DNA of 63,508 nucleotides, counting the filler. It is 6 parts of 6 records of this genome, joined end to end, with 100 filler letters (N's around TTAATTAATTAA, not from the genome) between each part and the next. Parts side by side here need not be neighbours in the genome. Positions count along the whole stretch, not along the records: positions 32,777 to 43,793 come from DRR378314_50; positions 43,894 to 51,845 come from DRR378314_61; positions 51,946 to 58,383 come from DRR378314_62; 3 more parts are not named here. One strand, written 5' to 3'. A model generated the notes under the pieces. The model was given only the letters and a program-made list of their open reading frames with translations. It made no database searches and was not told the origin of the DNA. Within the stretch, counting starts at the first letter, position 1, and each line of letters starts with the position of its first letter. The position numbers and the translations under genes were made by a program. Positions 42,503-54,291 of the stretch are shown here, one piece after another.

Positions 42503-42737
42503 TGCATAGCAAGGCATTTTTTGAGCTTGATGTGAGCGATTGTCAGATGCGGTCTTGCGTCCGGCCTGTTTGCGCGGCGCATACGACCGCTGGCCCTGAT
42601 GGTTTCCGCTACCTAAGTCCCAAACTTCTTTAGCGGACAACATAGTGTCCCAGACATTCGACGGGGTGTCTCAGCTAACGGGCTGACATTGCTCCATCAT
42701 ATCAATGGTCTTGCGTCTCTGATGTTCCTTTTGGCTT
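42503..42737 (-). ncRNA. Putative bridge/seekRNA-encoding 3' non-coding region
   Basis: About 240 nt downstream of the transposase gene; folds by eye into two stem/internal-loop modules. Confidence 0.6.
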
Positions 42738-43757
42738 TTATGCTGCGTGAGGCCGATACCTTTCGTTGCGGGTCATAACCGCCCAGATGATACGGGCAGT
42801 TTTGTTGGCCATCGCGACGGTGACCACGCGCGGGGACTTTCGTTCTCGCAACGACATCTCCCACGGATCAACGCGGTCTGGATTGATCTTCATCTGGTTG
42901 AACCGGGCGGTCATGCCAGTCACTAGAAGGCGCCTGAGGTATCGATCTCCCATCTTGGAGATGCGCCCGAGGGGTTCTTTGCCGCCGCTTGATCGGTTGA
43001 TCGGCGTCAACCCCAGCCAGGCGGCAAACTCTCGTCCATTGCGGAACTGATGCCCGTCGCCAGGGGTTGCTACAATTGCCGAAGCTGTGACTGGACCGAC
43101 CCCGGGTATGGTCCTCAGCAACATAATCTTTGGGTCTCTGCGACCTTCAAGCAGAATGCGTTTATCGTACCAAAGAATGCGCAAGTGCAGAGCAACCATC
43201 TGGTTGCACAGGTTTGTCAAAACTTCGATTGCGACTTCAGGAATGCTCGGGCGATCTCCGTCCAGCACCGCCTTTGCAAATTTCACGGCACTGCCGATCC
43301 CTTGAGCAATCACGATACCAAACTCCCTCAGCAGGCCGCGCAACATGTTGCTGAGCTGGGTCCTTTGCCGCACGACCAGATCCCGCGCACGTTGGAGGAA
43401 CAGGACGCCCTGCTGCTGCTCGGTCTTGATCGCGACAAAGCGCATCGTCGGACGCGTGACAGCTTCACAGATCGCTTCTGCATCGATGGCGTCAGTCTAT
43501 CCGCGTTTGACGTAGGCTTTCACATACATTGCAGGCATCAGCTGGACTTCTTGGCCCAACTTCTGGGATTGCCGCGCCCAATGGTGGCTCGATCCGCAGG
43601 CCTCCCTTCCAATGAGACATGGCTCAAGGTTCTCGAAAAACTTCAAAAGCTGTGCACGCCTGAGTGACTTGTTGAACGCAACGGTCCTGTCCGCTTTGAT
43701 CCCGCGCACCTGAGGGATGTTCTTGGCCAGATCTAGGCCGACTGTTGTAACCTGCAT
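42738..43757 (-). pseudogene. IS110 transposase/recombinase with an in-frame TAG at 43497-43499
   Basis: The two ORF-track fragments share one frame: GLDLAK...EAC...KRG*TDAIDAEAICEA...IPGVGP...AWLGLTP..SSGGK; 340 codons in total. Confidence 0.9.
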
Positions 43758-43793
43758 TGGGTGGCTCCTTTCCTAGCAGTGATAGACAACTGC

Positions 43794-43893
43794 NNNNNNN
43801 NNNNNNNNNNNNNNNNNNNNNNNNNNNNNNNNNNNNNTTAATTAATTAANNNNNNNNNNNNNNNNNNNNNNNNNNNNNNNNNNNNNNNNNNNN
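43794..43893. other. Artificial contig linker
   Basis: N44-TTAATTAATTAA-N44. Confidence 0.99.
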
Positions 43894-44134
43894 TTTTTTT
43901 GCTGCCTGTGCTTAGCCGCCTCGCGCGTACTACTGTATATCATGTGCGAGCTGGAGATCGTTGGCCAATGCTGTATCGGCGACGTCCAGCCGTCACTGCG
44001 CGCTCTGGCGGCAGGTCCGTGCCGGCGCACCCTTACTGCACGATGCTGCCCAATGTGGCCTAGTACTTCATATTCACTCCGCGAATATTTCTTCGCGGTT
44101 CTCGTCTTTTTTCTTTTCGCCCACGCACACGCAG

Positions 44135-46675
44135 TATGCATTCATGGAGGAAATGCTGGGAAACGTGCCGGGTGCGCGCCGGGTGTTCGAAAGGTGCGTA
44201 GTCGGTCGCGCAGCGAATACCGCACCGGAAAAGGAGAGGGGTGGAAATAGGAATATTCCGCGCATCGTCGCGCAGTGTCTTTACAATGGGCGTGTGCTTC
44301 CGCCTTCCGTGAGCATCGTTGACAGCGTGTGCGATCGACGTCGCCGCCTCAAGGGAGGCCCAGGCTCCCCGTCGTGCGCGCGAGGCGTGTACTTGGCTAG
44401 TCGTGATCTTGAGCCCGGTTACCGCACCTTTCCTGAACCCCGAAAATACTCCGATTGGAGCACACGACGTCGCTCAAGGCTTCCGAAGATCACCCTGGTA
44501 CCAGAAAACAGTCTGTTGTACTATTGTTCCTGTACATGCGTTCACATGGATATTTCTCCACTCACTATCAGCACCTCCGTACTCCCGCGACTGCTGTGGC
44601 GATGGTCGTGCGCCCACCGCCACCGCGTTATCTACAGGTGGATGCAATGGCATCCGAATGAGAAAGCCTGGATGACGTACATCAACATGGAGGTTCGATA
44701 CAAAGAGTTTGACCGGGCACGAAACATCTATGAGCGCTTTGTGGAAAGTCATAATACTCCGGCCGCGTGGCTGAAGTTTGCCAAGTTCTGCGAAAAGAGG
44801 TACGTGGTGCTCTATCGGAGTGCACTGTGAGGTGAATAGTGATTTTGAGAAGCATGAAGAGTCCAAGGGACACGTACGGGTTTGATTTGCAGCTCTGCAA
44901 CTTTTTCTTTTCGGAGTGATTGCGGCGCAGGGACGTAGCAGAAGCTTTTTCGTAGTGCCGTCTCATGTGCTCTTCCTGCTTTCTTATCGTCAGCGCTAGT
45001 GCAATCTGATGTAGTAGAGCAAGAGGTACGATGTAGCTTTCCGATTGATCAAAATGACGCGGGGGCATGTTCGACCGCGGCAGTTGATGTTGAACATGAG
45101 GATTTTGGTGCAGTTTCCTGCTGCCTTTCGGTACTCTCCTGTTGCTTCCCTTTCTCGCTGCTCCTGTTTTATTGTTCGGGCCCACGTCGGCGTTTTGGTG
45201 CATCGACACATACAGTGATTTCACTGAGTATTTTCTCACACTACATAGTCTCTGTATGCCGAAATTGACGCTCGCTATTTCTTGTTTGCCGATTTTTTTA
45301 TTTCTTGCTGCGATGCAGTCGCTCCTCCGGTCGCACTGAGCAAACGCGATCGGTCTTTGAGCGCGCTATGGAGTCGCTGGGCGAAGAAGCGCTGACACCT
45401 GCATTCCTGATTGAGTTCGCCAGCTTTGAAGAGCGTGAGCGCGAGTTTGACCGCGCGCGCGTCATTTACAAGTACGCGTTGGACAATCTACCGAAGAACG
45501 ATGCAGAGGAGGTGCACAGAGCGTACATGTCATTTGAGAAGAAGCACGGCGATCGCGAGGGCATCGAAGACGCCGTGCTGGCCAAGCGCCGCTTCCAGTA
45601 CGAAGAGGAGCTGAAGCAGAACCCGCGGAACTACGACGTGTGGTTCGACTACGTGCGCCTCGAGGAAGAAGACGGAGAGCACAGTCGCATTCGCGAAGTG
45701 TACGAGCGAGCCATCTCGAATGTTCCGCTCAGTAGCGAAAAGCGCCATTGGCGAAGATACATTTACCTCTGGATCATGTACGCCGTGTTCGAAGAGCTCG
45801 ACGCCGACGATGTCGATCGCGCGCGCGAGGTGTACAAGGCGTGTGTAGGAATTGTCCCGCACAAAAATTTCACTTTTGCCAAGATCTGGCTTCTCTTCGC
45901 GAGCTTTGAAATCCGCCAGAAAAACCTCAAGGCAGCTCGGCTGCTCCTGGGCCGGGCGATCGGCATGTGTCCGAAAGACCGTCTTTTCCGTGGGTACATT
46001 GAGCTCGAGCTGCAACTTGGAGAGATCGACCGCGTGCGCAAAATCTACGAAAAGTATATCGAGTGCTTCCCTGCAAACTGTGCAGCGTGGACCAAATTTG
46101 CCGAGCTTGAGGTCTCGCTCGGAGAGGATGACCGTGCGCGCGCCATTTACGAGCTGGCGGTGTCGCAGCCGCAGCTCGACATGCCCGAACTACTCTGGAA
46201 GAACTACGTCGACTTTGAGATCGCGTGCGGCGCGTACGACCGCACACGCTCGCTTTACGAGCGTTTGCTCGAGAAAACGCAGCATGTCAAAGTCTGGCTC
46301 AGCTTCGCGCGCTTCGAGGATGAAGAAGCAGGCGACCACGAGCGCGCGCGCGCCACATTCGAGCGGGCTTACAAGGCGTTCTCGCAGGATGCGGCGACGA
46401 AAGAGGAGCGCCTCATGGTCCTCGAGGCGTGGCGGGATGCCGAGGTCAACGCAGGAGACGCCGACATGGCGGCAGAGGTCAACAAAAAGATGCCGCGCAA
46501 GGTCAAGAAGCGTCGCGCTGTCACTGGCGACGACGGCTCCGTGCAAGGTTTCGAGGAGATTGTGGATTACATATTCCCCGACGATGCCTCGACGAAGCCC
46601 AACCTCAAGCTGCTGGAAATGGCACACAGGTGGAAGCAGCAACAAGGAGGAATGTCTGCCGATGCTGCCGAGTAG
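44135..46675 (+). CDS. CRNKL1: Crooked-neck/Clf1 spliceosomal HAT-repeat protein, 5'-truncated; exons 44135-44193, 44638-44799, 45319-46675
   Basis: YAFMEEMLGN, WRRYIYLWI, FTFAKIW, LDMPELLWK, DYIFPDD and KLLEMAHRWK; two GT-AG phase-2 introns restore a continuous frame. Confidence 0.92.
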
Positions 46676-47752
46676 TGCGACCGGGAACACGCTGCTCGAT
46701 CGATGGTGCAGTACGGCAGACTTGCCGCGGCGTGGCCGTGGCGTGCAGCGAGTCGACACCGTTGCTGCTCGCGGCGCCGCGCGCGCGTAGTAAAAAGCGC
46801 TGTGCCTCCCGCTTGCGCCGTGTGAACGACCGCGCCTGGCGCTGCTTCTTGTCTGCGGGCACGCAGACATGGAACTTTGATGCCGAAGCGCTGATGCTCC
46901 TCCTGTGCGATCGTGTTTCTGTTTTTTTTTCAATTGTATTTGTGCGCAGCGTGAGGCGCCCATCCGGGTGCGCGCGCGTCTGCGCACTGTGAGGGAAGGA
47001 GCTGAGGCTGCGAATGAATGAATGCGCAGACACGCAAGCGTTCCTGCTTCCACATGCGGCGCCGCGGACAGCAGTTCCGCTCTTCACTGCCGCGTCTCCT
47101 GCGCGCTACGCCCGCCGGCTCGCTGCCGCGGCGATCCCGTGCCTTGCTCCCCTCCTTTGCCCGCACAGGATTATTTGGTGCATAATTTATACTCGCTAAC
47201 CCCAAACATTACTCTTTTCCAGCGTCTAGCTTGACCATCGCGTGGCGGCGTGCTGGCGCCTTGCACAGCGCCACGCCGCTCTGTCGCGTCGGCACTGCTG
47301 TCGGAGTGCGCTCGGCGCCAATCGGAACCCCGCTTTCGAGCCCTATCGCACTGCTCGGCGCCGCTCGCCGCGTCCCGCACCGCGCCCGAGCTGCGCGGTC
47401 CCGCCGGGCGGTGCGGTGGAGAGAGCGCCCGCGCTTACCGCCGCTGCTTTTTTTCTTCTGTTCTAGACTTGGAGCAGCAGCATTAGTCTGTGCGTTGTAG
47501 ACTATCGGTGACCCTTTGTTACACGCCTGCGACGCGCTCGGCCTGCATAAGGGCCGGTGAGCAGCGCGCGGCAGCGCAGGCCCGCCGCGGCGCGATCTAC
47601 GCGCGCGCTCGACACGAGCACCATTTGCCGTATCTTTTGCCATAGACACGGCGGTATCACTGTCAACTTAGCGCAGCGCGTACGCAACCACATCAATTGT
47701 ATGGCCTGACGGGTCACTGGCTGACCGGGTGAAAGCGAGGACGGGCAACGAG

Positions 47753-50700
47753 ATGACTCCCAATCGAGTTGCGCGCAAAGCGGCGAAGCGCGCTCTACCC
47801 GTCCAGCCAGATGTCGAGCCCGACGCCGTCGACGAGCAGAAGATGGATAATTTCTGCAGCGCAGTCCGCAGAGCGCGAGAAATCTTGCAGCTTGACAAGG
47901 TAAGCGAGCATTTCTTGCGATTCATCGCATAATTGTACGGTTGCGGTGGCACTTTTCTTGAGCTCGTGCGGCAGAGCCGTGTTGCAGCGCGACGGCGGTG
48001 TCTGGCCGTGCGTCTCGCGTGCGCGAGCGCGCTCGGCCGCCGCCGCCGCCGCACCGCTCTGTGCTCTCCGCGCAACGGGCCCACTCCGGCAGCGCAGCGC
48101 AGGAAAATGACGGTCAGGCGTTGCGGGGATGATCTAAGATCCATATTTCCTTGTGCATAAGATGGCGCTCATTTTGTTGCGGCTGTTCGCTGCCCTGTCC
48201 TGCAGAGCGATTTCGCGTTGCTTTTGAACCCGGAGTCGCCACCGCACAGCAACGAAATCGCGCAGTGGGAAGCAGGTACGGTGCACCTTGCGCTCACGGC
48301 AGCGCACCGGTCATGCGAGCCGCTCTGCGCCGTATTCCAGAGTGTATTTGCGTGGCATTCGTCCGTCATGCATATCTCATATCCAAGTTTCGCGTATATA
48401 TATTTTTTTGCCGCGGGTTATATCGCAAGGGTCCTAGCGCGCTTCAGTCTAGCAGACTCCCCGTGATTTCTCCGGTTGCCCACTCGTGCGTTCTTTCTGA
48501 CAACAAGGAGAGAAAATAACTTCGTGTGAGATTCTTCCTTTGCGATCTCATTTCTCCACTGTATGATGGGGCCGTCGTGTGGTTTATGTAGGAAAAGTCT
48601 GTCCGGAGGGATACATTGTTGTTCGCGCGATCAAGCTGGCGAAGATGAAGGACATTGCCGGTCCGCTGCGCATCGTGCAGGGTCGCCTGCGTAAGAAACA
48701 GCGCATGATGAGCAGGGCTGCGCGCGAATTGGGCATGGCGAGAATGGGCGCCAGTTCTTTGCCTGAACAGAGCGATAAAAAGTTCGCGCTGTCGCATGTT
48801 CGCCACGCGATTGTGCAGGACTGGCAGGAAGAAACGCTGTTCGGCCCTGTCGTACTGGACAAACTCAGCGTGCGCAAGGCGGCAAAGTTGCTCGCGAAAC
48901 ACCCTGCGTCCGGCCGCGCGGCCCTACAGCAGCTCGTCGAGGGCTCCACTGTCGCTAGTGCGCTGCGGTCAGCTTCAGAAAGCCATGACATGCTCGCGGC
49001 GAGCGCCAAGACGCACCAGCGTAAACGCGAAAACACCGGGCGTGGCGCGGATGAGCGGGCTTCTCGCTCGCCACGTGCAGCATCTGCGCCAGCAGCCCTC
49101 CCCGGCGGCTCTGCGTTTCCAGACGGCCTTCGAAGCGATAGTGCCTCTGTACCGGAAAGGAATGCACAGCATATAGATCAACATGTCCAGCCTGCTTCCG
49201 GATCTTTGGATACCAGCGACAGGAAGCGGGCGGCAGGAGCAGGGCAGAGGAAACCGCCTGAAGAGCCACCGGGTGCGCCAGCAATCGATCCAATGGCTCC
49301 GAACGAACGAGACGGCGATTGCGCCCACGGTCAGGAACCTCTTCCTGTACTGCCTGCGCATTCAGACCGTCGTCCTTCGCAGCATGACAAGAATGCTGTT
49401 GGCAGCGAGGTTCGACGCTCAACAATGGGGCCGGGAAGCACTGAAAACGCTACCCGACACGGTGCTGCGGTACGCGACAGGTCGAATCAGGAAGGGGACG
49501 TACCTTCGCGCGGAGTGCCTGTGCGCAAGCAAGGATCTTCCGCTCAGATGCCACAGGCAGGACAGCAGCAGATTGATTCAAGAGAATCAGTGCGAGTGCA
49601 GGTGATCGATGACGAGCCTCAAAGCGGAGCACTTGCCGCGAATGGTAATCGCGAGGTCATTGTGATCAGCTTGCTGAGCGATGACGAGAGCGAAGTTGAC
49701 GAGGATGAGGGTGAGCTACAGCGTTCCCAAGCATCGCCTCCTCCGCCAAAGGCGCATGAAGCGAAAACAAACGCGAACGCGGAAGGACATGAGCAAGGCG
49801 TGGGAAGAAGTCTTGTTGCGAAGCCCGACTCCTCGCGTCGGAAATTCGACAGTGATCGCGCCCCCAAGGAAGTGCCCAATGTTGCGACAGAAAATAATCC
49901 GGCAAAGGCAGAGCGTTTATTACGTAAGGGTGCATCGGAATCTCCTCCGAGAGCTCTGCCCGAAGAACCGCCCCAAGATGGCAAGGCGCTTGGAAAAGGA
50001 CTTTTTGGCGTACAGTATGGCTCCTCGAAGAAGAGGAGTAACGACGAAGTGCCAAGACATTCTGCACAAAGTCGCATGGAAGTCGAAGGCCGCGCCTCCC
50101 AGCCTGCTCCACCAAGTTTTCACCGTGCTTTCCCACTGACGCCCTCCGCTTCGAAATGGGATGAAGTGTGTAAGCCGCGGCGTCAGAATGACGAAGAACA
50201 GCGTCCTGAAAATGTCAAGGCACCTATCGCAGCGGCTGTGGAATCAGGAATCGTTGCACCGGACCATGACGATGCCGTGTCTTCCACATCTTCCAGGTCG
50301 CAGTACAAAGCGGCAACTCCGCAGCGCTCCTCCATCGTTAACGGTAACGAGCGTAGAAGGGATTCTCACGCACGCGTGGCTGGCGAAAAGCGCCGCAATG
50401 AAGTCAATGACTCTGGTACACAATCCAAAGGACGCAAAGTTGCGCGCACTCTGCCCATCGGCGCAAACAACCAACAGGAAACCGATGGTTCTGCGCGCGC
50501 TGTTCCGGCGCCTCTCAGTTTGAGCATGGTATCGCGCCGGATAGTTGATGAAATGACCGAGGAAAAGAGCGGTCAAGCGAATCGTGCGCCAGCTGCAGCT
50601 CCAAAGAGTAATCGCGCGGTCACGCGGGCAGATGCGCCTCGCACCAAACACGCCCCTCGTGCGCCACTGCGAGCCTCAGAAGGCACTGGCAGCGCAGCTC

Positions 50701-51845
50701 GTGCCAAAGGCGATGGTGCGATCGAGAGAGGCCCTGGGCGTGCGTCCCGTGCAGATCAGCAAGGTACTGGGAAAGGTGCGCACGCGGAAGCACTTCAGCC
50801 AAGTGCAAGGCAGAGGCGCGGCGGGGAGCCTGTCCCTACTCGCGTGCAGAAGGAAGGTGCTGCAAATCCGGGGAATCCTGTCCCTGCTGGTACACAACGT
50901 GTCCCAGGGTCAGCTGATGCGAAGAGGCCTTCCGCACAACGCCAGTCGTTGGACGGGACTGCCGGCGCGGCGATCGCGGAGGTTAGTGGGTCGAGAAAAA
51001 TATCAAACTCCGTTTCCCCGCACCAAGTCCAGGCAGAATTTCGTCCAACTTCAGGAGAACCTGGCAGAGGTGTACAAACTCCGAGACAAGCGCGATCTAC
51101 AAGCGTGCAACAGCAGGATGGTGCTATGCGCCGGGTGCGAGCGGTGCAGACGGGTCGTGTGGCGGCGCGCTCTGGGAAATTGCCTGACAAGCTCTCGGCA
51201 GGTGAACGAGCGGGCCGCAAGCAGGGAAAGACTCGGGTGACACCACCGGGGGAGCCACGTGCCACAGATGCTGTGATTGACAAGCGCAGTGTTGCGGCTC
51301 GTAGGAATGATGACGCATCACTGCAGCCGCATGGCACCCAGAGCAGTGGTATTGTCGTAGATCTGCGCAACGGTTTGGATTCGAGCTTAGGATATGGTGA
51401 AAGAGAAGCGCCTGGCAATCGGCCGCAGAGCGCGAGAGCGACACCACCACAGCACGCAAAGCAAGGAGGCAAATCCCCTTCTCCGATGCAGACGCCGCGT
51501 AGCCCGGTGCCTTCCGCGCTGCCGCATTTTGCGCGACCCCTCCGTGGTCCCTCTGACACGGCGTCGAAGGGGGTTGAGCTCTCAGAGGAGCGAGATGGGC
51601 ATGTTTCAGCCCTGCGACAACAAAATGCTACTGCGCCAAACGGACCGATAGCCCAACTGCCGGCAGAGAATGCCCCAGGAACCAACTCTGGTGTTAACGG
51701 TGATGCCGTCGGATCTTCTGCGCAGCATGGACTCGGCGAAGGAAATCACAGAGCTTCAGGGCATAGGCAGTCCAGTAGCTCTGGTTTCGACAATGGGGCC
51801 GGCGGTAACGCGCGCGAGGCGAGGCGCGGCGGTGCTCCGGAGCGC
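47753..51845 (+). CDS. Spliced eukaryotic gene: N-terminal Cro/C1-like HTH plus a long disordered region, 3'-truncated; exons 47753-47899, 48206-48275, 48592-51845
   Basis: Donors GTAAGC (47900) and GTACGG (48276), acceptors CAG (48205) and TAG (48591), consistent phases 0 and 1; last exon is open for more than 3.2 kb. Confidence 0.65.
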
Positions 51846-51945
51846 NNNNNNNNNNNNNNNNNNNNNNNNNNNNNNNNNNNNNNNNNNNNTTAATTAATTA
51901 ANNNNNNNNNNNNNNNNNNNNNNNNNNNNNNNNNNNNNNNNNNNN
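51846..51945. other. Artificial contig linker
   Basis: N44-TTAATTAATTAA-N44. Confidence 0.99.
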
Positions 51946-52308
51946 TTCAACCGCCGGGTTCAGCCGGTGAATCTCGTCGATGAACAACACGTCACGCGCT
52001 TCCAGATTGGTCAGGATCGCGGCCAGGTCACCCGCCTTGGCCAGCACAGGACCCGATGTCATGCGAAACCCGACCCCCAATTCACGCGACATGATCTGCG
52101 CCAAGGTTGTTTTACCCAAACCGGGGGGGCCATGGAACAAGGTGTGGTCCATCGCCTCGCCGCGCTGTTTCGCGGATTGGATAAAGACCGCCAGATTCGA
52201 GCGTGCCTCTGCCTGCCCGACAAATTCGGACAGCAGCTGAGGGCGCAAGGCGCGGTCGACATCTTCCGGCATCGGCTCTGGCCGCACGGTGGGGTCAATT
52301 TCGGTCAC
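51946..52308 (-). CDS. ruvB: Holliday junction branch migration helicase RuvB, 3'-truncated
   Basis: Motifs [17 protein letters not shown] and LFIDEIHRL. Confidence 0.96.
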
Positions 52309-52356
52309 AACATACCTTTACGCGAAGAAAACCCGTCAGGGCTTGTTAAGCGCACC

Positions 52357-53019
52357 CTAACCCTTGGGGGCAAGAAGTTTCAACGCAGCGCGGATAAGAT
52401 CCGGCGTTGCCGCCCCTTCCATTTCACCCGCCGCCTGCGCCACCGCAGCTGCCGCATCACCGGGGCTGTAGCCCAGATTGCCCAGTGCGGACAAGGCTTC
52501 GGACTGGGCCGATGCATTTGGTGTCGCGGCTGCCGGTTTCGCCCGCGCGACCGGTTCCAGCACTTCGGCCTCAACCTCGCCCTGCGCTTCGGCCAATGTT
52601 CCCGACATTGCCATCACGCTGGGGGCCTTGTCTTTCAGATCCAGCACCACGCGCTGCGCAATCTTCGGCCCCACCCCTTTTGCCGCCTTCACTGCGTTCC
52701 AGTCGCCCAGCGCAATGGCGCGGCTGACCCCATCCGGCCCCAAGGTCCCAAGGATCGCCAGTGACGCCTTTGCCCCGATCCCCTGCACCGAGGTCAGCAA
52801 GCGGTGCCATTCCTTTTCCACCAATGTCTGAAAGCCAAACAACTGCATCAGGTCTTCGCGCACCACCATATCAGTATAGAGCGCGGTTACCTCGCCCACA
52901 GCTGGCAAAGCGGCCATGGTACGGTCCGAACAATAGACCAGATAGCCCACGCCGCGCACATCAATCAGCAGGTGATCCGCCGCGCGGTATTCGATCCTGC
53001 CAGTAATCTTACCGATCAT
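52357..53019 (-). CDS. ruvA: Holliday junction branch migration protein RuvA
   Basis: [22 protein letters not shown], HhH motifs and ALGNLGY. Confidence 0.96.
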   Translation of the reverse strand: MIGKITGRIEYRAADHLLIDVRGVGYLVYCSDRTMAALPAVGEVTALYTDMVVREDLMQLFGFQTLVEKEWHRLLTSVQGIGAKASLAILGTLGPDGVSRAIALGDWNAVKAAKGVGPKIAQRVVLDLKDKAPSVMAMSGTLAEAQGEVEAEVLEPVARAKPAAATPNASAQSEALSALGNLGYSPGDAAAAVAQAAGEMEGAATPDLIRAALKLLAPKG

Positions 53020-53522
53020 ATGCCCGCCCTCGCTACCGCTGCCGCCAGCGAACTCGCCCCGCCGTGATGCGCATGACAGATCGCAATCGCCAGCGCGTCC
53101 GTTGCATCCGGCCCGTTCAGCACAACACCGGGCAATTGCACCTTTACCATATGGGCCACCTGTTGTTTGTCCGCATGCCCTGCCCCGACAACCGTTTTCT
53201 TGATCTTATTGGGCGCATATTCACCCACCGGCAACCCGGCCTGCGCCGGCACCAGCATCGCAATGCCGCGCGCCTGCCCCAGTTTCAGCGTCCCTGCGCC
53301 GTCCTTGTTTACAAAAGTCTGTTCAATCGCCGCCGAAACCGGCTGATACCTTGCAAAAACCCCGGTCAGCTGAACATGCAAATCCAGCAGCCTTTGCGCC
53401 AGTGGTTCATCCCCCTGCGATTGGCATACGCCGTTCGCCACATGGCTCAGCCGATTGCCCGTGACGTCAATGACGCCCCACCCAAGGTTGCGTAACCCCG
53501 GATCAATGCCAATTATGCGCAT
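53016..53522 (-). CDS. ruvC: Crossover junction endodeoxyribonuclease RuvC
   Basis: Motifs IIGIDPG, KLGQARG and [12 protein letters not shown]. Confidence 0.96.
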   Translation of the reverse strand: MRIIGIDPGLRNLGWGVIDVTGNRLSHVANGVCQSQGDEPLAQRLLDLHVQLTGVFARYQPVSAAIEQTFVNKDGAGTLKLGQARGIAMLVPAQAGLPVGEYAPNKIKKTVVGAGHADKQQVAHMVKVQLPGVVLNGPDATDALAIAICHAHHGGASSLAAAVARAGI

Positions 53523-53566
53523 CATTACCCTGCTCTCGTTTATTTTGTTGCTTTTATGATGCACTA

Positions 53567-53581
53567 GCACGAAACGCGAAC
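53567..53581 (-). promoter_or_regulatory. Alphaproteobacterial LexA (SOS) box upstream of ruvCAB
   Basis: GTTC-GCGTTTC-GTGC, one mismatch from GTTC-N7-GTTC. Confidence 0.65.
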
Positions 53582-53857
53582 ATCCGCCAAGCATTTGTGC
53601 GCAAATGCCAAATACGACATAGCACCTGTCGCAGATAGACATCGGTGTCGTTTATCGCCAGTTTCGAAGCCAAAAACGACATCTGTTCAATCCAAATTTT
53701 ACCTTAATTTATCGCGGGTTAACTATCGTTTCGACCTATGCAGAAAACGCAGATCACACATGCAATTGCAGGAGTTGTGGCACCGTAACGAACCCCCTAT
53801 CTGCCGCTCATACCGCCGAGGAAATCGGCATAACATACATACAAAAGGACGGCTCAC

Positions 53858-54067
53858 ATGGCAGCTTTCGACACAACCCGCACCGCATACGGCTCCACAT
53901 CAGCCGTTTCCTCATTCATCACACGCAGCATCTCTGCTGTTGTTGCATGGAACGACGCCCGCGTGACACGCAGCGCATTGGCCTCTCTGACAGACCGCGA
54001 ACTGGACGATATCGGCCTGGTCCGTGGCGACATTGACGCGGTCGCACAGCCAAACTTCTTCCGCTAA
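53858..54067 (+). CDS. DUF1127 small protein
   Basis: Signature TRSALASLTDRELDDIGLVRGDI; AAAGGA RBS. Confidence 0.92.
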   Translation: MAAFDTTRTAYGSTSAVSSFITRSISAVVAWNDARVTRSALASLTDRELDDIGLVRGDIDAVAQPNFFR

Positions 54068-54183
54068 GACCAAGGGGCGCGGCGGCCCTCCCCTGCCGCG
54101 CTTTTTGGACTGTCTCGACGATTGTGATACTTATCTTGGTAGCCTGACGCAGAGACGGGGGTTTGACCCAAACTCCAAAATAG

Positions 54184-54223
54184 AAAAAGCCGCGCTCTGA
54201 CCCCCAGAAGCGCGGCTTTTTTT
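54184..54223. terminator. Bidirectional intrinsic terminator
   Basis: AAAAAGCCGCGCT...AGCGCGGCTTTTTTT. Confidence 0.8.
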
Positions 54224-54291
54224 GTGCCTTCAGACATGCAGACCCCCGAGATCTGCGCCGGTCATCACTCTCGCGCTGACCGGCAAAGCAC

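Larger units (their letters stand above)
42486..43793 (-). mobile_element. IS110-family element (IS1111 group); left end lost at the contig break
   Basis: DEDD transposase, long 3' non-coding region and an IS1111-like subterminal sequence GGAGACATCCACAC near 42489-42502. Confidence 0.85.

Noticed and set aside
43497-43499. TAG as programmed readthrough or pyrrolysine
   Set aside because: No pyl genes are present, and other substitutions indicate ordinary decay
46676-47750. Many overlapping Arg/Ala-rich ORFs
   Set aside because: GC-rich eukaryotic intergenic/UTR sequence with no coherent coding signal
43894-51845. Eukaryote-to-bacterium horizontal transfer next to the IS110 element
   Set aside because: The adjacency is created by the artificial linker, and the segment has spliceosomal introns
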